A DNA stretch of 55,945 nucleotides. Origin: Burkholderiales bacterium. Lineage in GTDB: Bacteria; Pseudomonadota; Gammaproteobacteria; Burkholderiales; Burkholderiaceae_C. Below the pieces are notes generated by a model. The model saw only the letters and a list, made by a program, of their open reading frames with translations. It was not told the DNA's origin and made no database searches. The DNA lies in assembly GCA_038317285.1 (NCBI GenBank), contig JBBQBG010000001.1, positions 1-55,945 of the forward strand. The letters run 5' to 3'. This document shows, piece after piece, positions 18,879 to 27,104 of this stretch (positions are counted from its first letter, which is position 1; every line of letters begins with the position of its first letter). Position numbers and translations under genes: made by a program.

Positions 18879-19783
18879 CCGACACCCACTACAACTTCGC
18901 ATTTTTAGACGAACGCACCAAAAAACGCATCCGCCGTGCGCTGCTCAAAGCCGTGGCCGTGCCGGGTTACCAGGTGCCTTTTGGCTCCCGCGAAATGCCC
19001 TTTGCCTATGGCTGGGGCACGGGTGGCGTGCAGGTGACCGCCAGCGTGATCGGTTTGACCGATGTGCTCAAGGTCATAGACCAGGGCGCGGACGATACGA
19101 CCAATGCGGTCAACATCCGTCGCTTCTTCTCCCGCACCACCGGTGTCGCCACGACTGAGAAAACACGCGAGGCCACATTGATCCAGACCCGCCACCGGAT
19201 CCCCGAGACGCCGCTGACCGAACAGCATATTCTGGTCTACCAAGTGCCCATGCCTGAGCCGCTGTACCGGCTGGAACCCAGCCGGCGGGAGGCTATCAAG
19301 ATGCACACCTTGCAGGAGTACGGCCTGATGCATGTGCGCTTGTACGAAGACATAGCGCAACTGGGCGCCGTCGCTCGGGCCTACGACTACCCGGTGATGG
19401 TGAATGAGCGCTATCTGATGTCGCCCTCGCCCATCCCGAAATTCGACAACCCCAAGATGCACATGAACCCCGCCCTGCAGCTCTTTGGCGCGGGCCGCGA
19501 AAAGCGCCTGTATGCCATCCCGCCGTACACGACGGTGCGCAGCCTGGACTTTGAGGACCACCCGTTTGAAGTGCAGCGTTGGGACCACAGCTGTGCACTG
19601 TGCGGCGCGAGTGAAAGTTATCTTGACGAGATGATTGTGGATGACCAGGGCAGCCGACTGTTTGTATGCTCTGACAGCGACTACTGCGAGGAACGTCGCA
19701 CCGCAGGCCACGTGGGTGGCCAACAGGCCGTGACCCTGCACGACGCATTGGACTCGGCCGAACCAGCGCAGGAGGCCGCATGA
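18875..19783 (+). CDS. phnJ: Alpha-D-ribose 1-methylphosphonate 5-phosphate C-P lyase (radical SAM)
   Basis: YNFAFLDE, YGWGTGG, DQGADDTTNAV, CALC...VCSDSDYC Fe-S cysteines. Confidence 0.97.
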   Translation: MTDTHYNFAFLDERTKKRIRRALLKAVAVPGYQVPFGSREMPFAYGWGTGGVQVTASVIGLTDVLKVIDQGADDTTNAVNIRRFFSRTTGVATTEKTREATLIQTRHRIPETPLTEQHILVYQVPMPEPLYRLEPSRREAIKMHTLQEYGLMHVRLYEDIAQLGAVARAYDYPVMVNERYLMSPSPIPKFDNPKMHMNPALQLFGAGREKRLYAIPPYTTVRSLDFEDHPFEVQRWDHSCALCGASESYLDEMIVDDQGSRLFVCSDSDYCEERRTAGHVGGQQAVTLHDALDSAEPAQEAA

Positions 19784-20586
19784 AGGCCCCGGTCTTGCTG
19801 TCGGTCCGCGGCGCTGGCAAAGCCTTTGTGCACCAGGGCCAACCCCGTTGGGCTTGTCGTGGTGTGAACTTTGATTTGTACCCCGGCGAGGTCCTGGCCG
19901 TGGTGGGCGAGTCTGGCTCCGGCAAGAGCACCTTGCTGCGCCTGCTGGCCGCACGTCTGGAATGTGACGAGGGCTCTGTGCACTATGACGTGCGCACTGA
20001 ATCTGCCGAGCAGGCCTCAACATTGATGGACTTGGCCACCCTCTCAGAGGCGCGCTTGCGCTGGCTGGCCCGCACCGATTGGGGCTTTGTAGAGCAACAC
20101 GCCCGCGACGGCTTGCGCATGAACGTATCGGGTGGTGCCAATGTGGGGGAGCGCCTGATGGCCCTTGGGTCTCGCCACTACGGCCAGTTGCGCAACGAGG
20201 CCACCGCCTGGATGCAACGGGTGGAGCTGGACACCCGCCGCGTAGACGACTTGCCCGCCACGTACTCGGGCGGCATGCAGCAGCGCCTGCAAATTGCCCG
20301 CAACCTGGTGACACACCCGCGCTTGGTCTTCATGGACGAGCCGACGACCGGCCTGGATGTGTCGGTGCAGGCCAAGTTGTTGGATCTGCTGCGCGAGCTG
20401 GTGGATGAATTGCAGCTTGCCGCCGTGGTCGTGACCCACGATCTGGCCGTGGCCCGACTGTTGGCCCAACGCATGCTGGTCATGAAAGATGGTGTGGTGG
20501 TGGAGCAGGGCTTGACCGACCGCGTGCTGGACGACCCGCAGCACCCCTACACACAACTGTTGGTGTCTTCTGTATTGACGCCCTAG
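19780..20586 (+). CDS. phnK: C-P lyase system ABC-ATPase PhnK
   Basis: GESGSGKST, RTDWGFV, SGGMQQRLQIARNL, GLTDRVLDDPQHPYTQLLVSS. Confidence 0.96.
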   Translation: MKAPVLLSVRGAGKAFVHQGQPRWACRGVNFDLYPGEVLAVVGESGSGKSTLLRLLAARLECDEGSVHYDVRTESAEQASTLMDLATLSEARLRWLARTDWGFVEQHARDGLRMNVSGGANVGERLMALGSRHYGQLRNEATAWMQRVELDTRRVDDLPATYSGGMQQRLQIARNLVTHPRLVFMDEPTTGLDVSVQAKLLDLLRELVDELQLAAVVVTHDLAVARLLAQRMLVMKDGVVVEQGLTDRVLDDPQHPYTQLLVSSVLTP

Positions 20587-20630
20587 CACGCCATGCAAGA
20601 GCACAGACCCACACATTTCAAAACCCGTTC

Positions 20631-21329
20631 ATGACCGCAATACTAGAAACCCACGCGCTGTCCAAGACCTTCACCCTGCATGGACGCGGTGGCATGCAAT
20701 TGCCGGTGTTTGCCGGCATCAACCTGCAAGTCCAGCCCGGCGAGTGTTTGGCACTAACAGGGCATTCGGGCAGTGGCAAGAGTTCGCTGCTGCGCTGCCT
20801 GTATGGCAACTACGGTGCCAGCAGCGGGGAAGTGCGCATTCGCCACCAGGGCGAGTGGCTCAGTTTGACCAACGCCTTGCCCCGCGATGTGTATGAGGTC
20901 CGCCGCCGCACCATGGGTTATGTCTCGCAGTTCTTGCGTGTCATACCGCGCGTTTCCACACTGGACATTGTGGCCGATCCCTTGCGCCGAAAGGGCGTCA
21001 GCGCAGAGGCGGCACGCACCCAGGCCGCGCACTGGTTGCAACGCCTGAACTTACACGAGCATCTGTGGCATCTGCCCCCTGCCACCTTCTCGGGTGGCGA
21101 GCAACAAAGGGTCAACATTGCGCACGGAATGATCAGCCAGTCGCCCCTTCTGTTACTGGATGAGCCCACGGCCTCACTCGATGCGGACAACCGCCGGGTC
21201 GTGGTCGATCTCATACACGCCGCTCGTGCACAAGGCAGTGCGATCGTCGGCATCTTTCACGACGACGAGGTCCGCGAGGCCGTGGCCACGCGCAGCTTCG
21301 ACGTCGAGCAGCACCGCAACCCTAACTGA
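20631..21329 (+). CDS. phnL: C-P lyase system protein PhnL
   Basis: KTFTLH, GYVSQFLRVIPRV, PATFSGGEQQRVNIA, GIFHD. Confidence 0.96.
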   Translation: MTAILETHALSKTFTLHGRGGMQLPVFAGINLQVQPGECLALTGHSGSGKSSLLRCLYGNYGASSGEVRIRHQGEWLSLTNALPRDVYEVRRRTMGYVSQFLRVIPRVSTLDIVADPLRRKGVSAEAARTQAAHWLQRLNLHEHLWHLPPATFSGGEQQRVNIAHGMISQSPLLLLDEPTASLDADNRRVVVDLIHAARAQGSAIVGIFHDDEVREAVATRSFDVEQHRNPN

Positions 21330-21348
21330 TATGCAAAGAGACTCTGCT

Positions 21349-22491
21349 ATGGACACCTACACCATCCGCAACGCCCGCGTTGTAACCGCTGACGAAGAAT
21401 TTACCGGCTGCGTCCATATTGCCGACGGCTGCATACGCGCCGTCGACCGGGGCGACACCTCGGTACCCGGTGCCCAAGATTGGGAAGGAGACTGGTTGAT
21501 GCCCGGCTTGGTGGAACTGCACACCGACAATCTGGAAAAGCACCTGTCACCACGACCCGGCGTACTGTGGAACGCCCATTCGGCCATGACCGTGCACGAC
21601 GCCCAATGTGCGGCAGCCGGTATCACCACGGTATTGGACTCCGTGGTGATTGGTGACCTTGACGAAGGTGGCCCCCGCACCCAAACCCAGCACACATCCA
21701 TAGCCGCATTGCACCAATGCCGCGACGAGGGCCTGATGCGCGTGGACCACTGGTTACACCTGCGCTGCGAAGTCTCAGCACCCGACATTTTGGAATCATT
21801 CAACCAGTATATTGACGACCCGTTGCTGCGCTTGGTCAGCGTCATGGACCATACGCCGGGCCAGCGCCAGTGGCGCGATCTCAAAAGCTACCGCCGCTAC
21901 ACCGAGCGCAACGGCCGCTACAGCGAGGCCGAGTTTGATGCCATGATCGCGCAGCGCAAGGTCGACCAACAGGCCTTCGCCCTGCCTCACCGGCAATTGA
22001 TCGTCAAGGCTAGTCAACAGCGCGCGGTGCCTCTGGCCAGCCACGATGACACCCTGCTGGGTGATGTGGAATTGGCGGTGACCGAGGGTGTTGGCATGTC
22101 CGAATTTCCCACCACCGTTGCGGCTGCGCAGGCCGCGCGCAAAGCGGGCATGGCCATCATCATGGGCGGCCCCAACATGGTCAAGGGCGGATCGCACTCG
22201 GGCAATGTGTCGGCGGCGGAACTGGCACAGCTGGATTTGCTGGACATTTTTTCTTCAGACTACGTCCCCAGCAGCCTGCTGATGGCGACTTTTATGTTGG
22301 GCCAGCTGGAAAATTGGTCATTACCCAAGGCGGTTCGCACCGTCACGCGCAATGCCGCCCACGCCATTGGCATGCAGGATCGCGGCGAGTTGGCGGTTGG
22401 CCTGCGTGCCGACCTGTTGCGTGTGCGCATGAACCGCGCGGGTATGCCCACGGTGCTAGAGACTTGGCTGGCCGGCAAGCGTGCGTATTAG
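21349..22491 (+). CDS. phnM: Alpha-D-ribose 1-methylphosphonate 5-triphosphate diphosphatase
   Basis: PGLVELHTDNLE, HLRCE, MDHTPGQRQ, ASHDD, GGSHSGNV, SSDYVP. Alternative start at 21331. Confidence 0.96.
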   Translation: MDTYTIRNARVVTADEEFTGCVHIADGCIRAVDRGDTSVPGAQDWEGDWLMPGLVELHTDNLEKHLSPRPGVLWNAHSAMTVHDAQCAAAGITTVLDSVVIGDLDEGGPRTQTQHTSIAALHQCRDEGLMRVDHWLHLRCEVSAPDILESFNQYIDDPLLRLVSVMDHTPGQRQWRDLKSYRRYTERNGRYSEAEFDAMIAQRKVDQQAFALPHRQLIVKASQQRAVPLASHDDTLLGDVELAVTEGVGMSEFPTTVAAAQAARKAGMAIIMGGPNMVKGGSHSGNVSAAELAQLDLLDIFSSDYVPSSLLMATFMLGQLENWSLPKAVRTVTRNAAHAIGMQDRGELAVGLRADLLRVRMNRAGMPTVLETWLAGKRAY

Positions 22492-22505
22492 AGGGCAACC
22501 GCACA

Positions 22506-23165
22506 ATGAAGACCACCACCGGCCACACCCACATCGACGCCCTCAACCTGCCCAACGCGGTGCGACTTAGCCTGGAGCCCAGCATTGCGGCCACAGCCAC
22601 GGTTCAAGAAAGCAGCTTCGGTCGCTACACGCAGGTAGGGGACCGCTCACGTTTGAACGATGTGGTGTTGGATGACTACTCGTACCTGCAGCAGGATTGC
22701 GACCTGATGTCAGTGGACATTGGAAAATTTTCCAACATCGCCTCCATGGTGCGCATCAACCCGGGCTTCCACCCGATGGATTACGCCAGCCTGCACCACT
22801 TCACCTACCGCCCCACGATGTATGGCATGGGCACGCAAGATGATGCGGACTTCTTCGCGTGGCGCCGCCGCCAGCGGGTAATCATTGGGCACGACACCTG
22901 GATCGGGCATGGCGCCGTCATCATGCCGGGGGTGCGCATCGGCAATGGGGCTGTTGTCGGTAGCAATTCAGTGGTCACCAAAGACGTGCCGCCCTTCACC
23001 ATTGTGGGTGGCGTAGCAGCCAAGCCAATTCGCCAGCGCTTCCCACGGGAAATTGCGCAGGCCCTAGAGGCCACCGCCTGGTGGGATTGGGACCACGACA
23101 AGTTGACCGAGCGCCTGCCCGACTTCCGCGACCTGCGCGGGTTTCTGGCGAAGTACGCGCCTTGA
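22506..23165 (+). CDS. Phosphonate-cluster hexapeptide-repeat acetyltransferase (CatB/Vat-like)
   Basis: IGKFSNIA, NPGFHPM, HHFTYR, IGHDTWIGHGA, WWDW; this family typically follows phnM. Confidence 0.9.
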   Translation: MKTTTGHTHIDALNLPNAVRLSLEPSIAATATVQESSFGRYTQVGDRSRLNDVVLDDYSYLQQDCDLMSVDIGKFSNIASMVRINPGFHPMDYASLHHFTYRPTMYGMGTQDDADFFAWRRRQRVIIGHDTWIGHGAVIMPGVRIGNGAVVGSNSVVTKDVPPFTIVGGVAAKPIRQRFPREIAQALEATAWWDWDHDKLTERLPDFRDLRGFLAKYAP

Positions 23166-23182
23166 AGGACTAACCTGGCGCG

Positions 23183-23884
23183 CTACAGATGCATCAGCTG
23201 CTTGAACTCCAACGCACGGCGGCGTGACATCTCAATCAGCAAGCCATCGTTCAACTGCAGCGTGAGTGCCCCGGTGCTGGACGGCGAGACGTTGGCTACG
23301 TGGTCCAGGTTCACGATGTGGCGGCGGCTGGCTCGAAAGAACAGCGCAGGGTCCAGTCGCTGCTCCAGTTGGTTCAGCGAGCGCAGGAGCAGTGGCCGGT
23401 TGCCGTCGAAGTAGACCCGGGTGTAGTTCCCCTCAGACTCCAGCAACGTGATGGCATCGAGCTTCACAAACCAGCAGCGCTCACCATCCTTGATAAAAAT
23501 CTTGCTGTCGCGCTGCATGGCCCGTTCGGTTGCTTGCGGTGCAGGCTTGATCTTTTGCAGAGCCAGCGCCAATCGGCTGGGCTCTATCGGCTTTAGCAAA
23601 TAATCTAGCGCGTTGGCCTCAAAGGCCTGCATGGCGTAGCTGTCAAATGCCGTCGTGAAGATAACGTCAGGCGCATCGGCCAACTGGCCCAACACATCGA
23701 AGCCGGTACCGTCTGGCATCTGGATATCGAGGAACACAAGGTCCGGGGTCAGGTCTTCAATCATCGCTTTGGCAGATGCAACGTCGACCGCCTCACCGAC
23801 GATCTGCACATCAGCATGCGCGGCCAGCAGGCGGCGCATTTCCATGCGCGCCAGGCGCTCGTCGTCGACGATGATGGCTTTCAT
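23183..23884 (-). CDS. LytR/AlgR family response regulator
   Basis: IVDDE, FLDIQMP, FTTAF, DYLLKP; LytTR domain FFRASRRHIVN. Confidence 0.95.
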   Translation of the reverse strand: MKAIIVDDERLARMEMRRLLAAHADVQIVGEAVDVASAKAMIEDLTPDLVFLDIQMPDGTGFDVLGQLADAPDVIFTTAFDSYAMQAFEANALDYLLKPIEPSRLALALQKIKPAPQATERAMQRDSKIFIKDGERCWFVKLDAITLLESEGNYTRVYFDGNRPLLLRSLNQLEQRLDPALFFRASRRHIVNLDHVANVSPSSTGALTLQLNDGLLIEMSRRRALEFKQLMHL

Positions 23885-24957
23885 CGGTTTTCCTCAGGCA
23901 GGCGGATGCGGGCAATCACCCATTCCTGTTCTTGCTGCACGGTGAGGCTGGCTTTACCATCGAACAACAAGGCCAATCGCTTAGCCGTGTTCTCCAAACC
24001 GATTTGCGTGGAACTGCCTGCCCGTTGTAGCACGCCCTGGTTGGCAACCGCGATGCAGACAAAGCCGCCCTCGCGCTCTGCGGTGATGCGAATCTCACAA
24101 CCCTGCGCACGCGCTTCCACCCCGTATTTGACGGCGTTTTCCACCAGCGTCTGGATCGCCATCACGGGCACGGCCATGCCGTTGAGCGTTGCATCAATCT
24201 GCTCGACGACAGACATACGTTCTTCAAAGCGAACCTTCTCCACCGCAAGGTAACTGCGCACGGCATTTAGCTCGCGCGCCAAGGGCACCGTCTCCACCTG
24301 GCCCATCTGCAGGTTGTAGCGCATCATCTCCGCCAGACGATCGACCACCTGCGCAGCGGCAGGCACGTCCTGGTACATCAGCGCGCGGATGCTGTTGAGG
24401 CTGTTGAAGAAAAAGTGCGGATTGACCTGGGCCTGCAGGGCGCGCAGTTCGGCATCCTTGACCTGAACTTGTAACTGCAGTTTTTCAATCTCAGCGCGCT
24501 TGGCACGGCGCACAGCCATTGCTGCACCGTAAAACGCGGTCCAGCACACAAACATGAAAAGCCAGAATGCGACAGCTCCTGGCAACCACGCGAGGTTGTC
24601 TGACCTCGGGTAATTTGGCCATGCCAGAAATGCGCAGAAAACCACAGCCACTTGCGCCGTGGCGAGCAGCGACACCCCCACCAGCAATCGTCCATACGGC
24701 AACGCGCCGCCATGCACAAACACACCGCGCGCACGCAGGTATCGCCGCCAACCATGCGACAGCACCCAGCCAGTCAGTCCGCCCCACAGCCAGATCAGGA
24801 TCAAGGGGTTGCGAAACTCCGGTGTGGCTGCCACAGAGAAACTGATGTTGAGCAGCGTGACCGCCGTCCAACCCACCAGCTGGCACAACCAGTACCACGG
24901 CGCTGGGCGTGGAGTAGGTTGGGAAGGCATCGTGGGAACAGTCGTCTGTGTCAGCAT
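23881..24957 (-). CDS. LytS-type sensor histidine kinase
   Basis: Transmembrane N-terminus, ELRALQAQVNPHFFFNSLN, QTLVENAVKYG, GLEN. Confidence 0.93.
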   Translation of the reverse strand: MLTQTTVPTMPSQPTPRPAPWYWLCQLVGWTAVTLLNISFSVAATPEFRNPLILIWLWGGLTGWVLSHGWRRYLRARGVFVHGGALPYGRLLVGVSLLATAQVAVVFCAFLAWPNYPRSDNLAWLPGAVAFWLFMFVCWTAFYGAAMAVRRAKRAEIEKLQLQVQVKDAELRALQAQVNPHFFFNSLNSIRALMYQDVPAAAQVVDRLAEMMRYNLQMGQVETVPLARELNAVRSYLAVEKVRFEERMSVVEQIDATLNGMAVPVMAIQTLVENAVKYGVEARAQGCEIRITAEREGGFVCIAVANQGVLQRAGSSTQIGLENTAKRLALLFDGKASLTVQQEQEWVIARIRLPEENR

Positions 24958-25835
24958 TACTTCAGGAAGTCATCCATGCGGGCCAACATCCATTGTGGAT
25001 CGTCGTACATGATGAAGTGTCGCCCAATATCGGACATTTCAACTTTCACGCCGGCCAATTTTGCGTATTGCGCTTTGTAGTTGGCTTCAAATGCAGCCTT
25101 GGGCGCATAGGCTTTGTAGGCTACCCATGAGCCGAGCACCAGCGTCGGTGCTTTGATATGCGCGATGTCTTGGCGCAGGTCGGTCGCGACGATGTCGTAC
25201 ATGGCGTCGGCCACCACCTTGCGGTCGGACTGGTTTCCCCACGCCACCACACGCTCGATGTCCTGCGGGGCAGTAACCATGTTGGTGACAACCGCGCGGC
25301 GGCTCGCCTCTTGCGCGCTGGCGTCACCTGTCAGCATGCCATCACGCATGCGGGTGGCCATGTTCTTCATCTGATCTGGCGTTGCATCGGGCATCTGCGC
25401 CGCGCCCAGGGCGGGCAGCGAATCGACGATAAGCAGCGGCCCCACTTTGGCGGGATAGTCTATGGCCATCTTCAGCGCCAGAAAGCCACCCAGGCTATGC
25501 CCCACGATCAAGGGATGGTCCAGGTGCTGTGCATCAATATAGGCGGCCAGCTCCTTCTCAACCGTCTCCAACAAGGGGGCTTGCACAGCAGGTGCGCCAG
25601 CAAAGCCAGCCAGTTGCAGCACAAAGCACTGGTAGTTGGGCGAGAAATGCGCCACCGTGGAATCCCACACCGCACCGGACGATGCCAAACCAGCTATCAG
25701 GATCATGGGCTTGCCCTTGCCCGAGGCCTGCACCGTGAAAGCCGTGGGCTCGGCGGCACGTGCGGCTGCTCCACTGACCAGCGCCACCGCCACTACCAAA
25801 CCCGACATCCATGGCTTCAAAACCTGCTTCAACAT
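24957..25835 (-). CDS. Secreted alpha/beta hydrolase
   Basis: Signal peptide, GHSLGG, RHFIMYDDP. Confidence 0.9.
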   Translation of the reverse strand: MLKQVLKPWMSGLVVAVALVSGAAARAAEPTAFTVQASGKGKPMILIAGLASSGAVWDSTVAHFSPNYQCFVLQLAGFAGAPAVQAPLLETVEKELAAYIDAQHLDHPLIVGHSLGGFLALKMAIDYPAKVGPLLIVDSLPALGAAQMPDATPDQMKNMATRMRDGMLTGDASAQEASRRAVVTNMVTAPQDIERVVAWGNQSDRKVVADAMYDIVATDLRQDIAHIKAPTLVLGSWVAYKAYAPKAAFEANYKAQYAKLAGVKVEMSDIGRHFIMYDDPQWMLARMDDFLK

Positions 25836-25887
25836 GTTTAATCCTTGTTAAGTTGATGCAGGGATCGTATTTTTGGTGGCCTTGGTC

Positions 25888-25931
25888 TGCGAGCGGTTTG
25901 GGTTGGGCGGTCGCAATCGATGATGAGCGGA
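25888..25931 (-). promoter_or_regulatory. AlgR-like LytTR direct repeats
   Basis: Minus strand TCCGCTCATC, ACCGCCCAAC and ACCGCTCGCA upstream of the hydrolase-kinase-regulator operon. Confidence 0.5.
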
Positions 25932-25932
25932 A

Positions 25933-26523
25933 CTACGTGCGTGGCGCTAGCAGCGCGCGCTTCTCCTTGGCTTCAATCAACCGCTGCACGATGGTGCAAA
26001 CGGCTTTGGCCTGGGCTTCGTTGATGTCAATGTTTTCGATCACCGAGCGTTTGAACTTGATGCCGCTGACGTGCCCGCTGACCTCGACAAAACCCAGCGT
26101 CAGCGTGCGATTCAGGAAGTAGTAAATCAGCGCGAAGACAAAGCCGGCAGCACCGGCCCCCAGAAAGATGGATGCCCCTCCACTGCGGGAACCATCTTGC
26201 ATGACTGCCGAAGCAATCGATGTGCCAAAGAAAAGACAAAATGCAACGATGCCGACCGCCGCCTTCCAGGGCTTGTGGTAGCCGTAATAGGTGGAGCAAA
26301 CGCTTTGCAACGGGATCAACCGTGACTGCGTTCCGGCCAATGATGAGCTGGAAAACTCGACGCGGTCCATCCCCACCCGAATGGTCGTGGTCGGGTCGAC
26401 ACCCATCAAGGACAGTACCCACGCGATCAAGCCGCTTTCACGACCCGTGATGCTGACGTAATTGTTCTTGTCGTCGATAGGCTTGCCTTCGGCTTTCCAG
26501 GCTTTGATAACCAGTGCGCTCAT
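25933..26523 (-). CDS. Hypothetical membrane protein
   Basis: 196-aa ORF, GC3-rich codon usage, two hydrophobic helices in the C-terminal half. Confidence 0.75.
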   Translation of the reverse strand: MSALVIKAWKAEGKPIDDKNNYVSITGRESGLIAWVLSLMGVDPTTTIRVGMDRVEFSSSSLAGTQSRLIPLQSVCSTYYGYHKPWKAAVGIVAFCLFFGTSIASAVMQDGSRSGGASIFLGAGAAGFVFALIYYFLNRTLTLGFVEVSGHVSGIKFKRSVIENIDINEAQAKAVCTIVQRLIEAKEKRALLAPRT

Positions 26524-26691
26524 GTGTTGGTGTTTCCGTTTTCGTGATTTGGGTAGATGAAGGGGTTGCCACTGGGGCCGCCAGAGGATACCCGCAGCGA
26601 CCTAGGGTCCATAAAGCATTTCGTATATGGAAAACTAGGGTTTACCCTATACTGCAACGCAACATCATCACTTTTACAAAAAGGAATTGTT

Positions 26692-26973
26692 TTGACCACC
26701 GCTACGTTGACAACCTCAACCCTCGCTTCGGCACCATCCTCTACCACCATTGGCGTCGCGCTGAAGCAGCTTGGCGTCGCCGCACTGAACCTGACCCGGG
26801 CTTTGTGGACGGCACTTGCCACCAGCTTCACTTGGGAGCACAAGGAGCCAACGGCTCAAGAATCCGCACAGGCGCTGCGCGTGTTTGCGAGCTCGGTCGC
26901 CGCCAGCGACCCAGGCTTCGCCAGCGACCTGTTCGCTGCAGCAGACCGCCACGAGTTCGGCGACAACTCTTGA
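26692..26973 (+). CDS. Small hypothetical protein
   Basis: TTG start after AAGGAA; ends DPGFASDLFAAADRHE, a motif recalled from small Comamonadaceae proteins. Confidence 0.6.
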   Translation: MTTATLTTSTLASAPSSTTIGVALKQLGVAALNLTRALWTALATSFTWEHKEPTAQESAQALRVFASSVAASDPGFASDLFAAADRHEFGDNS

Positions 26974-27001
26974 CCAAGCGCAATCTGGTTTTGGTGGTTA
27001 C

Positions 27002-27056
27002 GCTATAAGCTAGATAGCAGCATACGCTTATCCCACGAGGTCTGGAGGCACGAAAC
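27002..27056 (+). repeat. REP-like repeat, copy 2
   Basis: GCTATAAGCTAGATAGCAGCATACGCTTATCCCACGAGGTCTGGAGGCACGAAAC. Confidence 0.7.
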
Positions 27057-27104
27057 GTTCGCAGCTTGCAGGAATCGCCGTTCAATAACCCTCATTTGGG
27101 GTGT

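Noticed and set aside
18905-20314. Long antisense ORF (469 aa); similar cases at 53923-55122, 39607-40515 and 28975-29958
   Set aside because: Shadow frames of GC-rich genes (phnJ/K, adaptor, malF, glk) with no recognisable motifs.
22506-23165. Chloramphenicol/streptogramin resistance acetyltransferase
   Set aside because: Matches the phn-cluster-associated hexapeptide transferase type in its usual position after phnM.
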